A DNA stretch of 61,074 bases, filler included. It is 5 parts of 5 records of this genome, joined end to end, with 100 filler letters (N's around TTAATTAATTAA, not from the genome) between each part and the next. Parts side by side here need not be neighbours in the genome. Positions count along the whole stretch, not along the records: positions 1 to 26,459 come from SRR20825006_2423; positions 26,560 to 31,734 come from SRR20825006_2427; 3 more parts are not named here. One strand, 5' to 3'. Below are positions 18,482 to 27,927 of the stretch, in pieces (the stretch's first letter is position 1; the number at the start of each line of letters is the position of its first letter). Position numbers and translations under genes: made by a program. Below the pieces are notes generated by a model. It saw nothing but the letters and a program-made list of their open reading frames with translations, was not told the origin of the DNA and searched no databases.

Positions 18482-20140
18482 ATGAGCATTACCTTCACCG
18501 ATTTCTTTTCTCCCAGGCTCGAACGCCATGGTGCGGCTCATGTGCTCGCGTTGAGTGTTTTGGTGCTCGCGTGGGGGAGCGGTTGTGATCCCGATCCTCC
18601 ACTGACCTCCGAGGGGACATTCTTCGAGCCGGTGGGGATCGGCTCCTTCGAGGTCACGCGTGAACCTCGCATTTTGGCGCCAGCGCGCATCGACCTCGGC
18701 ATGCTCGAGCGCGGTGAACTTGGCGTGAAGCAATTCCAGGTCACCAACGAGGGGCGCGCCACGCTCGATATCAAGAACTGGCGGCTGACCGATGATCGCT
18801 TCGAGGTGTCCTTCCCCGAGTTTATGGACCGCGCCGAGCCCACGACGCTCGAACCTGGCGCCAGCGTGCTCGTCGAGGTCAGCCATCGCGCGACCGGTCA
18901 AGATGGCGTGCGCGGCTCGCTGATCATCGAGAGCAACGACCCCAAGAACGGCGTGCTCGTGATCGACGTGCTGGCAAACATCGCCGAGCCGTGCCTCGAG
19001 ATCTCGGACGAATCAGTCGATTTTGGATCTGTGGCTCCTGGCGGCGAGAGGACGCTGGGGTTCTCGCTCTCGAACTGCTCCGAGAATGCGCGGACGACCT
19101 TCTCTTATTTGCCATCGCTGACCACCGACGAGACGGGATTCAGCGTCCTCGATGCTGCTTCGCTGCGTGAGCGCACGCTCGAGCCAGGTGAAGAGGTCGA
19201 GGTGTTGGTGCAGTTCACGCCTCCAAGTCCTGGCGAGTACCGCGACATGTTGCGGTTTATCTCGGATATGGACGGTGAGACCGAGCACGAGGTGCTCCTT
19301 CGCGGCGAGGGGACGCCATTTGGCTGCCCCACCGCCGTGATCGAGGCGTCTCATCCTGACCGCGGAACCACGGTCGCCGACCCGAGAGGTCGCTACACTG
19401 GCCTGCCGCTCGATGTGGTCTCGCTCGACGGGAGCGCGAGCCGCGCCGAGGGTGGCGCAGCGATCGAGCGCTTCGAGTGGGCGATCATCCGCCGACCTGA
19501 GGACAGCGCCGCGCGCCTCGCGGGTTCAGATACCTCGGTGGCCAACGAGCTCTTCCTCGACCTCTCTGGCGAGTACACGGTCGAGATGCACGTGTGGGAC
19601 TCACGCGGGACGCGCTCTTGTGAGCCCGCCGTCCTCGACCTCGTCGCTGTGCCAGACGAGGACATTCACATCCAGCTCGTCTGGGATACGCCAAATGATC
19701 CCGAGCAACAGGATAACCTCGGCTCGGATGTCGACCTCCACCTCTTGCGCGCTGGCGGCATCTGGAACGCCAAGCCGTGGGATTGTCACTGGCAGAACCT
19801 CGAGCCCGACTGGGGATTGCGAGATGATCGCGCCGATGATCCTTCGCTCGACATCGACGACATCAACGGCTGGGGACCAGAGAACATCAACCTGAACAAC
19901 CCGCAGGGGGATATGCGCTACCATGTGGGCGTGCACTACTTCTCTGATCAGGGGTATGGCGCCAGTTACTCGACCGTGCGCGTGTACCTCGGTGGTATCC
20001 TCGTCGAGGAGCTTCGCCGTAAGCGAATGACCGACCAACAGTTCTGGCATGTGCTTGACATCGAGTGGCCGAGCCGCAAAATCACGCTCTACGACGACTC
20101 CTACCTGACCTTCCCGAGCGGCGTGTTTCCGCCAGAGTAA
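18482..20140 (+). CDS. Lipoprotein with ASH/choice-of-anchor-D Ig-like domains, a PKD-like domain and a YfaP-like C-terminal domain
   Basis: Lipobox GSGC; IDLG/VDFG..V motifs; VTNEGRATL; TLEPGASV; LIIESNDP; VSLDGSAS; QLVWDT..DVDLHL..GPENINL. Confidence 0.75.
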   Translation: MSITFTDFFSPRLERHGAAHVLALSVLVLAWGSGCDPDPPLTSEGTFFEPVGIGSFEVTREPRILAPARIDLGMLERGELGVKQFQVTNEGRATLDIKNWRLTDDRFEVSFPEFMDRAEPTTLEPGASVLVEVSHRATGQDGVRGSLIIESNDPKNGVLVIDVLANIAEPCLEISDESVDFGSVAPGGERTLGFSLSNCSENARTTFSYLPSLTTDETGFSVLDAASLRERTLEPGEEVEVLVQFTPPSPGEYRDMLRFISDMDGETEHEVLLRGEGTPFGCPTAVIEASHPDRGTTVADPRGRYTGLPLDVVSLDGSASRAEGGAAIERFEWAIIRRPEDSAARLAGSDTSVANELFLDLSGEYTVEMHVWDSRGTRSCEPAVLDLVAVPDEDIHIQLVWDTPNDPEQQDNLGSDVDLHLLRAGGIWNAKPWDCHWQNLEPDWGLRDDRADDPSLDIDDINGWGPENINLNNPQGDMRYHVGVHYFSDQGYGASYSTVRVYLGGILVEELRRKRMTDQQFWHVLDIEWPSRKITLYDDSYLTFPSGVFPPE

Positions 20141-20148
20141 GATTCGAA

Positions 20149-21042
20149 TTGCGCATCGCTTTTTTCTCAGACCTGCACCTGGCGCCAGGGGCGCTCAATC
20201 GTTGCACGACCTCACCAGAGGATCTCGGCGAGCTGCTCGATAAACTCGAGCGGCTCGCCGATCGTGTTTTGTTGTTGGGGGACGCCTTCGATCTGTTGCG
20301 CCCCGAGCGCTGGCGAGGATGGCGCCAACAGCTCGACCTCTTGCGCCAGGAACACCCCGAGTTGATCGAGCGTCTGCTCGGGATGGACGCGATCCATGGG
20401 AACCATGACGCGCCGATGAACGCGCGGGGTTGGCCAGAGGAGCGCGCTTTCCACCACACCGGGGTCGGTGAGGTGTTGGCGCTTCACGGGCACCAGTGGG
20501 ATGTCTGGCTCAAGAAGATCTGGGGCATGGAGGAGAGCGCGAACTTTGTGGCGGGGTGGTTCGAGCGCGTCGGGTTGGACGGCATCTCCAAGGGAATGGG
20601 CGCGGTGCCCACCTTGCTCGAGCGCTTGCAAGAGCGGCGAGAAGCGACCAAACCACTGACTCCCTCGCCGCATGACGAAGCATCGCCCGAGCAAGAGATC
20701 ACGCGGGACAAGCGCGCCGTGGCGAGGATGCTCTCACAGGGGTGGGATGTGGTGATCGCGGGGCACACGCACGGATTGGGGTTGTACGCGATCGGCGAGG
20801 GGCTCTATATCAACAGCGGCTCACATGCCCACGATCATGTGGACGCGGCGATCCTGGATACGAGCGCGCAGCTGGCGATCACCTCGCGCGATGGCGCGTG
20901 GTCCGAGGCCGCTGTGCGGCGTCGTGATGGCGCCTCGGGGTGGGATGTGATCGCGAATCAGCGAGGCGAGGAGGCGCTCACGGAGTGGCTCGCTCGCCTG
21001 GACGAGAAGCAACAGGAAGCATTCGAGGAGCTTTGTAAATGA
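20149..21042 (+). CDS. Calcineurin-like metallophosphoesterase (LpxH-like)
   Basis: SDLHL, LLGDAFD, HGNHD, LHGHQWD and GHTH motifs; probable TTG start at 20149. Confidence 0.85.
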   Translation: MRIAFFSDLHLAPGALNRCTTSPEDLGELLDKLERLADRVLLLGDAFDLLRPERWRGWRQQLDLLRQEHPELIERLLGMDAIHGNHDAPMNARGWPEERAFHHTGVGEVLALHGHQWDVWLKKIWGMEESANFVAGWFERVGLDGISKGMGAVPTLLERLQERREATKPLTPSPHDEASPEQEITRDKRAVARMLSQGWDVVIAGHTHGLGLYAIGEGLYINSGSHAHDHVDAAILDTSAQLAITSRDGAWSEAAVRRRDGASGWDVIANQRGEEALTEWLARLDEKQQEAFEELCK

Positions 21043-21260
21043 GCGATAAAGTGGAGTTAAAGGTTACGGGGATGTCCTGTCAGGGTTGCGTGCGCAGCGT
21101 GAAGGCGATCCTCGGGAAATCACTGGGGATCGATCGCGACAAGGTGGACGTGGATCTCGAGAGCGGGGAGGCGAGCTTCGAGTATGACGGCGATGCGTCA
21201 TCGCTCGAGCAGGCGTTGTCACGACTCGAGGAGCAAGGTTTCGCGAGCCAAAGAGCTTGA
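21039..21260 (+). CDS. Heavy-metal-associated (CopZ-like) metallochaperone
   Basis: GMSCQGC motif in a 73-aa HMA-sized protein; ATG overlaps the upstream stop. Confidence 0.88.
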   Translation: MSDKVELKVTGMSCQGCVRSVKAILGKSLGIDRDKVDVDLESGEASFEYDGDASSLEQALSRLEEQGFASQRA

Positions 21261-21410
21261 TCTTTAACCTTGTGCTCGACAAAGAGATCCTTTATGTTCT
21301 TCGCCCTTGTCGGGGCTGTGACCCTGAAAAAGCCAGGAAAAACGTCACGCTACGTGATGAAACGATAAGCAAAATCATCGGCGCCCAGCGCGCTGAGGGA
21401 GCACAAGTCA

Positions 21411-21566
21411 ATGCGCGAGAAGATCAAACTCGTCTCATCGGCCGGAACCGGTTACTTCTACACGACGATCAAGAACAAGCGTAAGACGCCGGACAAGATC
21501 CGTCTCAAGAAGTACGACCCCGTCGTGCGCAAGCACGTCGAGTTCGTCGAGGCAAAGATCAAGTGA
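21411..21566 (+). CDS. rpmG: 50S ribosomal protein L33 (zinc-free form); not in the ORF track
   Basis: Translated by hand: [61 protein letters not shown]. Confidence 0.97.
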   Translation: MREKIKLVSSAGTGYFYTTIKNKRKTPDKIRLKKYDPVVRKHVEFVEAKIK

Positions 21567-21746
21567 TCTCGTGGTGTGGTGTCGCTCTTGTGTGGCGTCT
21601 CGCACCGTGAAACTGTCTTGAAAAGTCGCTCGTGTGTGCGTCCCTGCCTGCACTCATTTCGCAGCGTGGTCTGTCGAGATTTCGAGGGAGGTGGGAATGG
21701 AGCGCGAGCGCGAAATGAAAACTCATTGAAACGCAAAGGATAAGCA

Positions 21747-21989
21747 ATGGCCAAGTACTCGCGAATCAACTGGCGTCGTCGCCGTAAGGTCGATCCCTTC
21801 GATCAGAACCCGAACTGGAAGATCGACTACAAGAACCCCGAGCTGCTCAAGCTCTTCGTGACCTCGACCGGCAAAATTCTGCCTCGTCGTATCACGGGCG
21901 TGAGCGCGCGTAATCAGCGCAAGCTGCGTCAGGCGATCCTGCGCGCTCGCCAGATCGCGCTCCTCCCCTACACGACGCACCTCTCCTGA
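21747..21989 (+). CDS. rpsR: 30S ribosomal protein S18 (zinc-free form)
   Basis: [50 protein letters not shown]. Confidence 0.96.
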   Translation: MAKYSRINWRRRRKVDPFDQNPNWKIDYKNPELLKLFVTSTGKILPRRITGVSARNQRKLRQAILRARQIALLPYTTHLS

Positions 21990-22004
21990 GTTTCAATAGA
22001 GGCG

Positions 22005-22118
22005 CGCGTGGACTGTCTCAGGGGAGCCTCTCCTGCTGGAGACCTCGAGTGGTTGCCGCTGTTAAAGCGTGGCAAACCATCGCAGGTGACCGTTGAAAGG
22101 GGTGATCGAGACAGCCGC
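22005..22118 (+). ncRNA. Candidate structured RNA (multi-branch), family unassigned
   Basis: Closing stem CTGTCTC/GAGACAG encloses hairpin TCTCC-tgct-GGAGA and a long hairpin ACCT-CGA-TGGTTGCC-GCT/AGC-GGCAAACCA-TCG-AGGT. Strand is uncertain. Confidence 0.35.
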
Positions 22119-22296
22119 ATGAATCCCAGCCAAGGCTCGGTGTTCTGTTAGAGAATGCCGGGCCTTTACTGGTTTTCGGACACTGCGTAGACATCGCACC
22201 GGGACTTGGGTAAGTTATGTGCGACCTGAATGAATGACGGAGACCTCATTCGCACTCGAGTGTGGTTTTCGACCTAATCCACGTGGAGAACGGGTG

Positions 22297-24099
22297 ATGC
22301 AGAACAAGAGGCGCTCTCGTGGCGCAGCAGGCCTCATCTCGATGGCAACCATCCTTGGCCTCTTTGGCACCGGGATGATCAGCGCATGCAATACCAACCC
22401 TGTGACGCTCTTGAGCGGCGGGGGACAGATCTCGGTCGCGCGTCCGACGCCGATCGGGGGTCAGATCCCGATGGACATCTTGTGGGTGATCGACAACTCC
22501 TTCTCGATGTGCCAGGAGCAGAAGGTGTTGCGCGATAACTTCGACCAGTTCATCGCAGAGATCCAGAAGACCAACCTGGACTTCCATATCTCGGTGACGA
22601 CGACGCACGCGCCGGAGTCTGGTTTCTCGATCGAGCCGATCGCGCAAGAGGGTGTGATCCAGTCGACGCCGCAGCCGGTGCCTGGGAACAACGAGACCTG
22701 TCTTCGCGACACGGAGACAGGGAGCTACGCGCCGTTCCGCGAGTCGCTCGATATCGCCAAGGCATGCCTTGCAGATCCTTCGACGGCTTCCAGTTATGAC
22801 TGGAGCGATGATCAGATCGCCTGCGCGCTGCTCAGCCCGAACGCCCAACAGAGCTCCGGTTGTCTGGCCAGCACAGGCCTGAGTGATCGCAACGGTGATA
22901 CGGCGATCGATGCCTTCGATCTCTTCCCCGCAGCATCCGAATACCGGGCGATCCCCAAGGTCTTGCGCGCGACCGATTATCGCGACGCGAGCGGCAACCT
23001 CGACGCCGAGAAGCTCCGTCAGGACTTCGCCTGCATGTCGACGGTGGGGACGCGCGGTGACGGTTACGAGAAGGGCCTCAGGGCTGCTGTGACCGCGGTC
23101 TCGCTCGACAAGACGGGCGGCGCATTCGGCGTGATGACCTCGGACATGACCAAGCCCAACTACGGCTTTGTTCGTAAGGACGCAGGCTTCGCGCTCATCT
23201 TCGTCACCGACGAGAACGACTGCTCGCACGATGGGTCTGTCGAGGAGCTTCGCAACACCTGCGGCAACAACATCTGCGAATACCTCAACTCCTCGGCGAT
23301 CAGTGAAGGGGACACCCCGCTTATCGCTCCCGAGGTGTTCGCCGAAGAGCTTCGTCAGAACCTCGCCGACACCAAGGGGATCGAGGTCGATGACCTCTCG
23401 GAAGATTCGTTGCTGATCGCTTCGATTCACGGCACGTGGCAGCGTTTCGCAGAGCCACTTCCCGCGTGTGCAGATGGCGAGAAGCCCGAGGTCTCTCCCG
23501 TGTGCGTGTCGCCAACCGGCGAGGCGTTCTCGGGGGATCGTTACGAGCGCTTTATTCGTCAGTTCCGCAACCACTATCCGAACACAGTGGCGAGCGCCAA
23601 CCCGGAAGATCGCCTGAACTTCGAGAAGACCGAGCCGCTCGGTTGGATCTGTTCGACCTCGTTCGTCCCTGCGCTCCAGGCCATCGGCGAGTTCATCGCC
23701 GGGACCAACCCCTCCTGTATTCGCGAGGATGTGTTCATCTGTGAGGACAACTCGGAGTGCCCGAACAAGTTGTTCACGGACACGCCAGGAACCTGCAATG
23801 ATTTCCCCGGAAAAGAGGGTCAGAAGTACTGCGACTCCGGCCTGGTCCTCAAGATCGAGCGCGATCCGACGGTCGAGGCGACCTTCCCCGAGGTTGGCAC
23901 CAACCCTTACTGCTTGCCGAACAGCGTCAACGAGCTCTCGCCAGACTCCTGCGTGATCGACCCCAGCCTCTACAGCTGGGTCCCATGCGGTGGCGGAAAC
24001 GGCATCCAGTACCAGTGGCAGGAGGCGCCTGCTACGGTCAGCAACAAGCTCAGCGGTTACACGCTCAAGTTGATCTACAACCTCTCGATCGTCGAATGA
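22297..24099 (+). CDS. Cys-rich vWA (MIDAS) lipoprotein, CglB/MtsD-like adhesin family
   Basis: Lipobox ISAC; MDILWVIDNSFSMCQEQ; FHISVTTT; VGTRGDGYEKGL; LIFVTDENDCS; many paired Cys. Confidence 0.78.
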   Translation: MQNKRRSRGAAGLISMATILGLFGTGMISACNTNPVTLLSGGGQISVARPTPIGGQIPMDILWVIDNSFSMCQEQKVLRDNFDQFIAEIQKTNLDFHISVTTTHAPESGFSIEPIAQEGVIQSTPQPVPGNNETCLRDTETGSYAPFRESLDIAKACLADPSTASSYDWSDDQIACALLSPNAQQSSGCLASTGLSDRNGDTAIDAFDLFPAASEYRAIPKVLRATDYRDASGNLDAEKLRQDFACMSTVGTRGDGYEKGLRAAVTAVSLDKTGGAFGVMTSDMTKPNYGFVRKDAGFALIFVTDENDCSHDGSVEELRNTCGNNICEYLNSSAISEGDTPLIAPEVFAEELRQNLADTKGIEVDDLSEDSLLIASIHGTWQRFAEPLPACADGEKPEVSPVCVSPTGEAFSGDRYERFIRQFRNHYPNTVASANPEDRLNFEKTEPLGWICSTSFVPALQAIGEFIAGTNPSCIREDVFICEDNSECPNKLFTDTPGTCNDFPGKEGQKYCDSGLVLKIERDPTVEATFPEVGTNPYCLPNSVNELSPDSCVIDPSLYSWVPCGGGNGIQYQWQEAPATVSNKLSGYTLKLIYNLSIVE

Positions 24100-24122
24100 C
24101 ACGAGGCGGTTAGAAGATCGAC

Positions 24123-24178
24123 CACAAGAAAGCGGCGAGGGCGATGGTGCACACCATCGCCCTCGCCGCTTTCTTGTG
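24123..24178. terminator. Perfect 27-bp inverted repeat, probable bidirectional terminator
   Basis: CACAAGAAAGCGGCGAGGGCGATGGTG-ca-CACCATCGCCCTCGCCGCTTTCTTGTG between convergent genes. Confidence 0.85.
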
Positions 24179-24193
24179 TCTGGCTTTGCTGGC

Positions 24194-25285
24194 TTATCGC
24201 TTGATCAGACGATGCTTGAGGATCCCGCTGGCGGCCTTGTCGAGCAGCGTGTCGAGCTCTTGGAAGAGCTTGCTGTTGTCCTGGCGCTCGTAGGACGCGA
24301 GGTTTTTGGAGAACTCGGGGAGGCGATCGATGAAGTTGCGGATGGTGACCTCATCGAGGTGCGTGTCGTAGGTGCCATAGCCGAGCTGTGTGAGGTAGCG
24401 CGCGTTGAGCATTTGCTCGAACTGCTTGCGTACCGGCGTCGCCAGGTAGGGTTTGCCAAGGTGAAGTGATTCTCCGAGCAGCGTGAAGCCAGCCGAGGCG
24501 ATGACGCCAGCCGAGCTCGCGAGATCCTGGACGAAGCCATCCTCGCTGAACGGTCTGTAGGTGATGTTTCCTTCGACGACGTCTTCTTCGACCTTTCGCA
24601 GACCATAGACGAGGACGGGGCGATCGAGCTTTTTGAGGATGCGTGGCAGCTTCTCGAAGGTCTCCGAGGTTTGATAGACGAGCAGGTGATCGCCATCGGT
24701 CGGAGGAGTCGAGAGGATGTTGTCGCGCAGGATCGGAGGAACCAGCGTGGTGCGCTTTTTGCGGAGCTCGGGGTAGAAGAAGGTCGTGACGAGGTAGTGC
24801 GAGGCGCCAGGGCATTTGGCGCGCACGATGTTCCTGGCGAGTTTGAAGTCGGAGCGATCGACGCCGATGATCGGGTCACTGTGACGACAGCGGTTCATGA
24901 TCTGGATGTTGTCGATGCAGATCAGCGGGAGCCTGTGGCGCTTGGCGAAGAGCCAGCTCCAGGTTTCGAAGTCAGAGATGACCACGTCGGGCTCGAAGTT
25001 GGATTCGACCTCGAAGTACTGGGTGATGTTTTGGGGGAAGCCCTTGAGCGCGCCCTTGAGGTTTTGGGTGAGCGTGAGGCGGTTGCGGACCTCGTTGTCC
25101 TCCATCGCCATGGTCAGGCCCCATATGCGCGAGACGTCGGGAAAACGCGCCTGGAGGAAGCCATGAGCTCGCCCGCTGACGACGATGTGAACCTCGTGTC
25201 CATCGGCGATCAATTTGTCGAGCACCACGCTGCTGCGGATGGCGTGTCCCATCCCTTCACCGACGACACCGTAGAGGATCTTCAA
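24194..25285 (-). CDS. GT-B glycosyltransferase (MJ1255/VC2487 family)
   Basis: KILYGVVGEGMGHAIRS; DVVISDFE; IDNIQ; SAGFTLLGESLHLGKP; QFEQMLNA; TTG start with AGGAGG RBS. Confidence 0.88.
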   Translation of the reverse strand: MKILYGVVGEGMGHAIRSSVVLDKLIADGHEVHIVVSGRAHGFLQARFPDVSRIWGLTMAMEDNEVRNRLTLTQNLKGALKGFPQNITQYFEVESNFEPDVVISDFETWSWLFAKRHRLPLICIDNIQIMNRCRHSDPIIGVDRSDFKLARNIVRAKCPGASHYLVTTFFYPELRKKRTTLVPPILRDNILSTPPTDGDHLLVYQTSETFEKLPRILKKLDRPVLVYGLRKVEEDVVEGNITYRPFSEDGFVQDLASSAGVIASAGFTLLGESLHLGKPYLATPVRKQFEQMLNARYLTQLGYGTYDTHLDEVTIRNFIDRLPEFSKNLASYERQDNSKLFQELDTLLDKAASGILKHRLIKR

Positions 25286-25504
25286 GGCGTGCCTCCTGAG
25301 TAGGTATGCGCGTTTCTCGGTATGATCAGGAAGAGAACGCGCGTATTTTTGATCAGAATCCTGGCTAATTCGTGAGAATAGGTATAGCAATTGAAGAGGA
25401 AGGTGCCAAAGTGCACCTTTCAAGAACCTCGCTCGCCAATTGGTGGTCAAGTCGTTATATTGTCACCAAACTTGATGTGATTCTTTGCTCAAACGAGCAC
25501 CATA

Positions 25505-26332
25505 ATGACGCGCAGACCTTCTCGTGAAGCCGCTTTGACAGACGTCGGCAGGATTCGCGATCACAACGAAGACAACGTGGGTGTCTTGCTCAGCGAGAAC
25601 CTTTATATCGTCGCCGACGGTATGGGAGGACACGCTGCTGGCGAGGTCGCTTCGCAGATCGCCGTGGACGCGGTGATCGACTTCTTTCGCCTCTCCAAAG
25701 CAAAGGAGAGCGAAGAGGACGTCGGATGCGACGACCATTGCCGCGAACGCACACGTTTAGAGACCGCCATCGAGCTGGCCAACCTCAAGATTTTCGAGGA
25801 GGGCTCTCAGCAGGCCAACCAGCGTGGGATGGGCACGACAGTCGTCGCGCTTCATCTGCATGAAACCACGGCGCATCTGGCGCATGTGGGGGATTCGCGG
25901 ATTTATCGCATGCGGAACGGCGAGCTCGAGCAGGTGACCACGGATCACTCCTGGTTTGCCGAGGTCATGGCCAACGCCAAGGATCTCGACCCGGAGATGA
26001 TCGCGCACGCGGAGCGTTACAAAAACGTGATCACGCGCGCGCTCGGCATGAGCGAGACGGTCGAGGTCGACCTCCGCGACGAGCTGATCGAGCCCGGAGA
26101 TCTCTATCTCCTCTGCTCGGACGGGCTCCACGACATGCTCCCGGATGAAAAGATCCTGTCGCTGCTTTGCGAGCACCGCTCCGACCTGCCACTCTGTGCC
26201 GAGCGCCTGATCGAAGCGGCCAACGAGGCGGGCGGGATGGATAACATCACCGTGTTGCTCGTGGATACGGACTCGGTGTTCGAGATGCGTGGGTTGTCGG
26301 ATGCTCCCACGGTCGCAGGCGAAGAAGAGTAA
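25505..26332 (+). CDS. PP2C-type Ser/Thr protein phosphatase
   Basis: DVGRIRDHNED, VADGMGGHAAGEVAS, GMGTT, HVGDSR, LLCSDGL, GGMDNIT. Confidence 0.95.
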   Translation: MTRRPSREAALTDVGRIRDHNEDNVGVLLSENLYIVADGMGGHAAGEVASQIAVDAVIDFFRLSKAKESEEDVGCDDHCRERTRLETAIELANLKIFEEGSQQANQRGMGTTVVALHLHETTAHLAHVGDSRIYRMRNGELEQVTTDHSWFAEVMANAKDLDPEMIAHAERYKNVITRALGMSETVEVDLRDELIEPGDLYLLCSDGLHDMLPDEKILSLLCEHRSDLPLCAERLIEAANEAGGMDNITVLLVDTDSVFEMRGLSDAPTVAGEEE

Positions 26333-26406
26333 GTCTTTTTTGGTGAACCACCAGGGAAACACCCCTGCGACGTTGGCACGATATTCGAACTTCGAATGAC
26401 TCCAGG

Positions 26407-26441
26407 AAGGCGCCTCCTCTGGCAAGGAAGGCGCCTTTTTT
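26407..26441 (+). terminator. Rho-independent terminator
   Basis: AAGGCGCCTCCT...AGGAAGGCGCCTT followed by a T run. Confidence 0.7.
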
Positions 26442-26459
26442 GTTCGGAGTGATTTTCGA

Positions 26460-26559
26460 NNNNNNNNNNNNNNNNNNNNNNNNNNNNNNNNNNNNNNNNN
26501 NNNTTAATTAATTAANNNNNNNNNNNNNNNNNNNNNNNNNNNNNNNNNNNNNNNNNNNN
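26460..26559. other. Artificial contig spacer
   Basis: N44-TTAATTAATTAA-N44 (stops in all six frames); sequence composition changes across it. Confidence 0.99.
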
Positions 26560-26869
26560 GAACGGGGCCTTCTGCATGTGCGGAAACAGGAAAGCAAAGC
26601 AGGCCAAACAACACAACCAGATACTGGCATAGGAAGCCTGAAGAACACTTGCCCTGATGTTTCAATTCGCGCTCCCTGTGTAGCTGCAAAACAGCATTCT
26701 GAACTCTTTTCAAGAGCCTGCTTCGTGAGAACCGTGCCTCGAATATACGTGTAACAACAAGCTTTGGCTCACCGGCGACTGAAACACACGGCTCTGCTGC
26801 CAGCAGTCACGTGGCGACGGCCAGAGGTTACGTCAACGCACTAGGTTGGACGAAGCCAGTACCGTCCCA

Positions 26870-27625
26870 TCAGGAAACATTGTTCCTTTTTCCCAGTCTG
26901 CCTTCAAAGGTACGGCTGTCGCTATTGTCATATTCATGGCGCAAACGCGCATCGAAGGCGGCAAGGAACGTACGGGCAGACGGGGTGTCGTGACATTGCA
27001 AAGTCAGGTCAACGGCATGAACCGGCGGGAATGGCATTTCTTCGATCACGGGATCACCATCAAAAAAACCGTTATGAGCAATCAGCACATCAATCCGGCC
27101 GATCTTGATCAAATCAGTTCCCTGTTGGATCGTCCTTAAACCATACCATTCAACCGGCTCAACAAATGGCAAATCAAATCGGGGCAAGGTGGCAAGATAT
27201 CCAGCTGTGATTGTGTCCCGCTTTAGAAGGTTTTCGCCACGCCGTCCAAACATCACCATCTCGAAGCGGATCTCATGGTCGGAAAAGACCTTTCCCTCTC
27301 TTGGGAAATACGTCGGGCCAACAATACAATCAAGATCGCCGCTTTCGTACAGACCAACCAGGCGGTCATACGGCACCCCATCATTCCACTCAATATTCGG
27401 CGCCGATAGTAATGCGTCGTAAAATATGAACTGGGAATCGGTAAGGCGGCTTTGCCATTCCGGTGTCGCCAAAGCAACATTCCCGACTTTTACGGGCACA
27501 GAAACGCCTGACGACACCGACACACCTGTGGCATTGGCATCACTTACGACAATCCCCGCCAGCCCTTTGACGCCAAAAACCAGCAACGCCCCAATCAATA
27601 ATGATCGCAAAAACACCATATCCAT
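26870..27625 (-). CDS. Exported protein resembling a periplasmic substrate-binding (SBP family 3-like) domain
   Basis: Signal/TM segment; VPYDRLVGLYESGDLDCIV and LIKIGRIDVLIA hinge-like motifs. Confidence 0.55.
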   Translation of the reverse strand: MDMVFLRSLLIGALLVFGVKGLAGIVVSDANATGVSVSSGVSVPVKVGNVALATPEWQSRLTDSQFIFYDALLSAPNIEWNDGVPYDRLVGLYESGDLDCIVGPTYFPREGKVFSDHEIRFEMVMFGRRGENLLKRDTITAGYLATLPRFDLPFVEPVEWYGLRTIQQGTDLIKIGRIDVLIAHNGFFDGDPVIEEMPFPPVHAVDLTLQCHDTPSARTFLAAFDARLRHEYDNSDSRTFEGRLGKRNNVS

Positions 27626-27927
27626 GATCCTGACGGCAAACTTGGTGATTATGGGCATGTGGCGCGGGGCACGTCTCACTTCAAGAAGCTGTTGTGCTCA
27701 GTCACTTGATTGCCCACATGAAAGAAATGTCTGATTTTGTCATTTTTCATCAGACAGTTTCACGTGACAATCACCTACTGTTCGAACGATGATAGGCAAA
27801 AGATAGTAAAACGCGTAAATGTTAATGGCAGACGCGTCCTTCAACGGCATCAGCGATAAGATGCGAGAAACACAAAACGGGACACTGATACCTAAATGGG
27901 AAAGACTTTCGGATCGGAAATTAGGCA

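Noticed and set aside
21257-21484. 75-aa ORF from the track
   Set aside because: Overlaps the genuine rpmG in another frame and has no RBS or motif.
26374-26441. Sigma-54-like TGGCACGATATTCGA followed by a terminator (tiny sRNA?)
   Set aside because: The -12 element is non-consensus (GA), the implied transcript would be little more than the terminator, and the contig ends; more simply the PP2C gene terminator.
26504-26515. Recurrent TTAATTAATTAA motif flanked by Ns
   Set aside because: Synthetic six-frame-stop linker, not a biological repeat.
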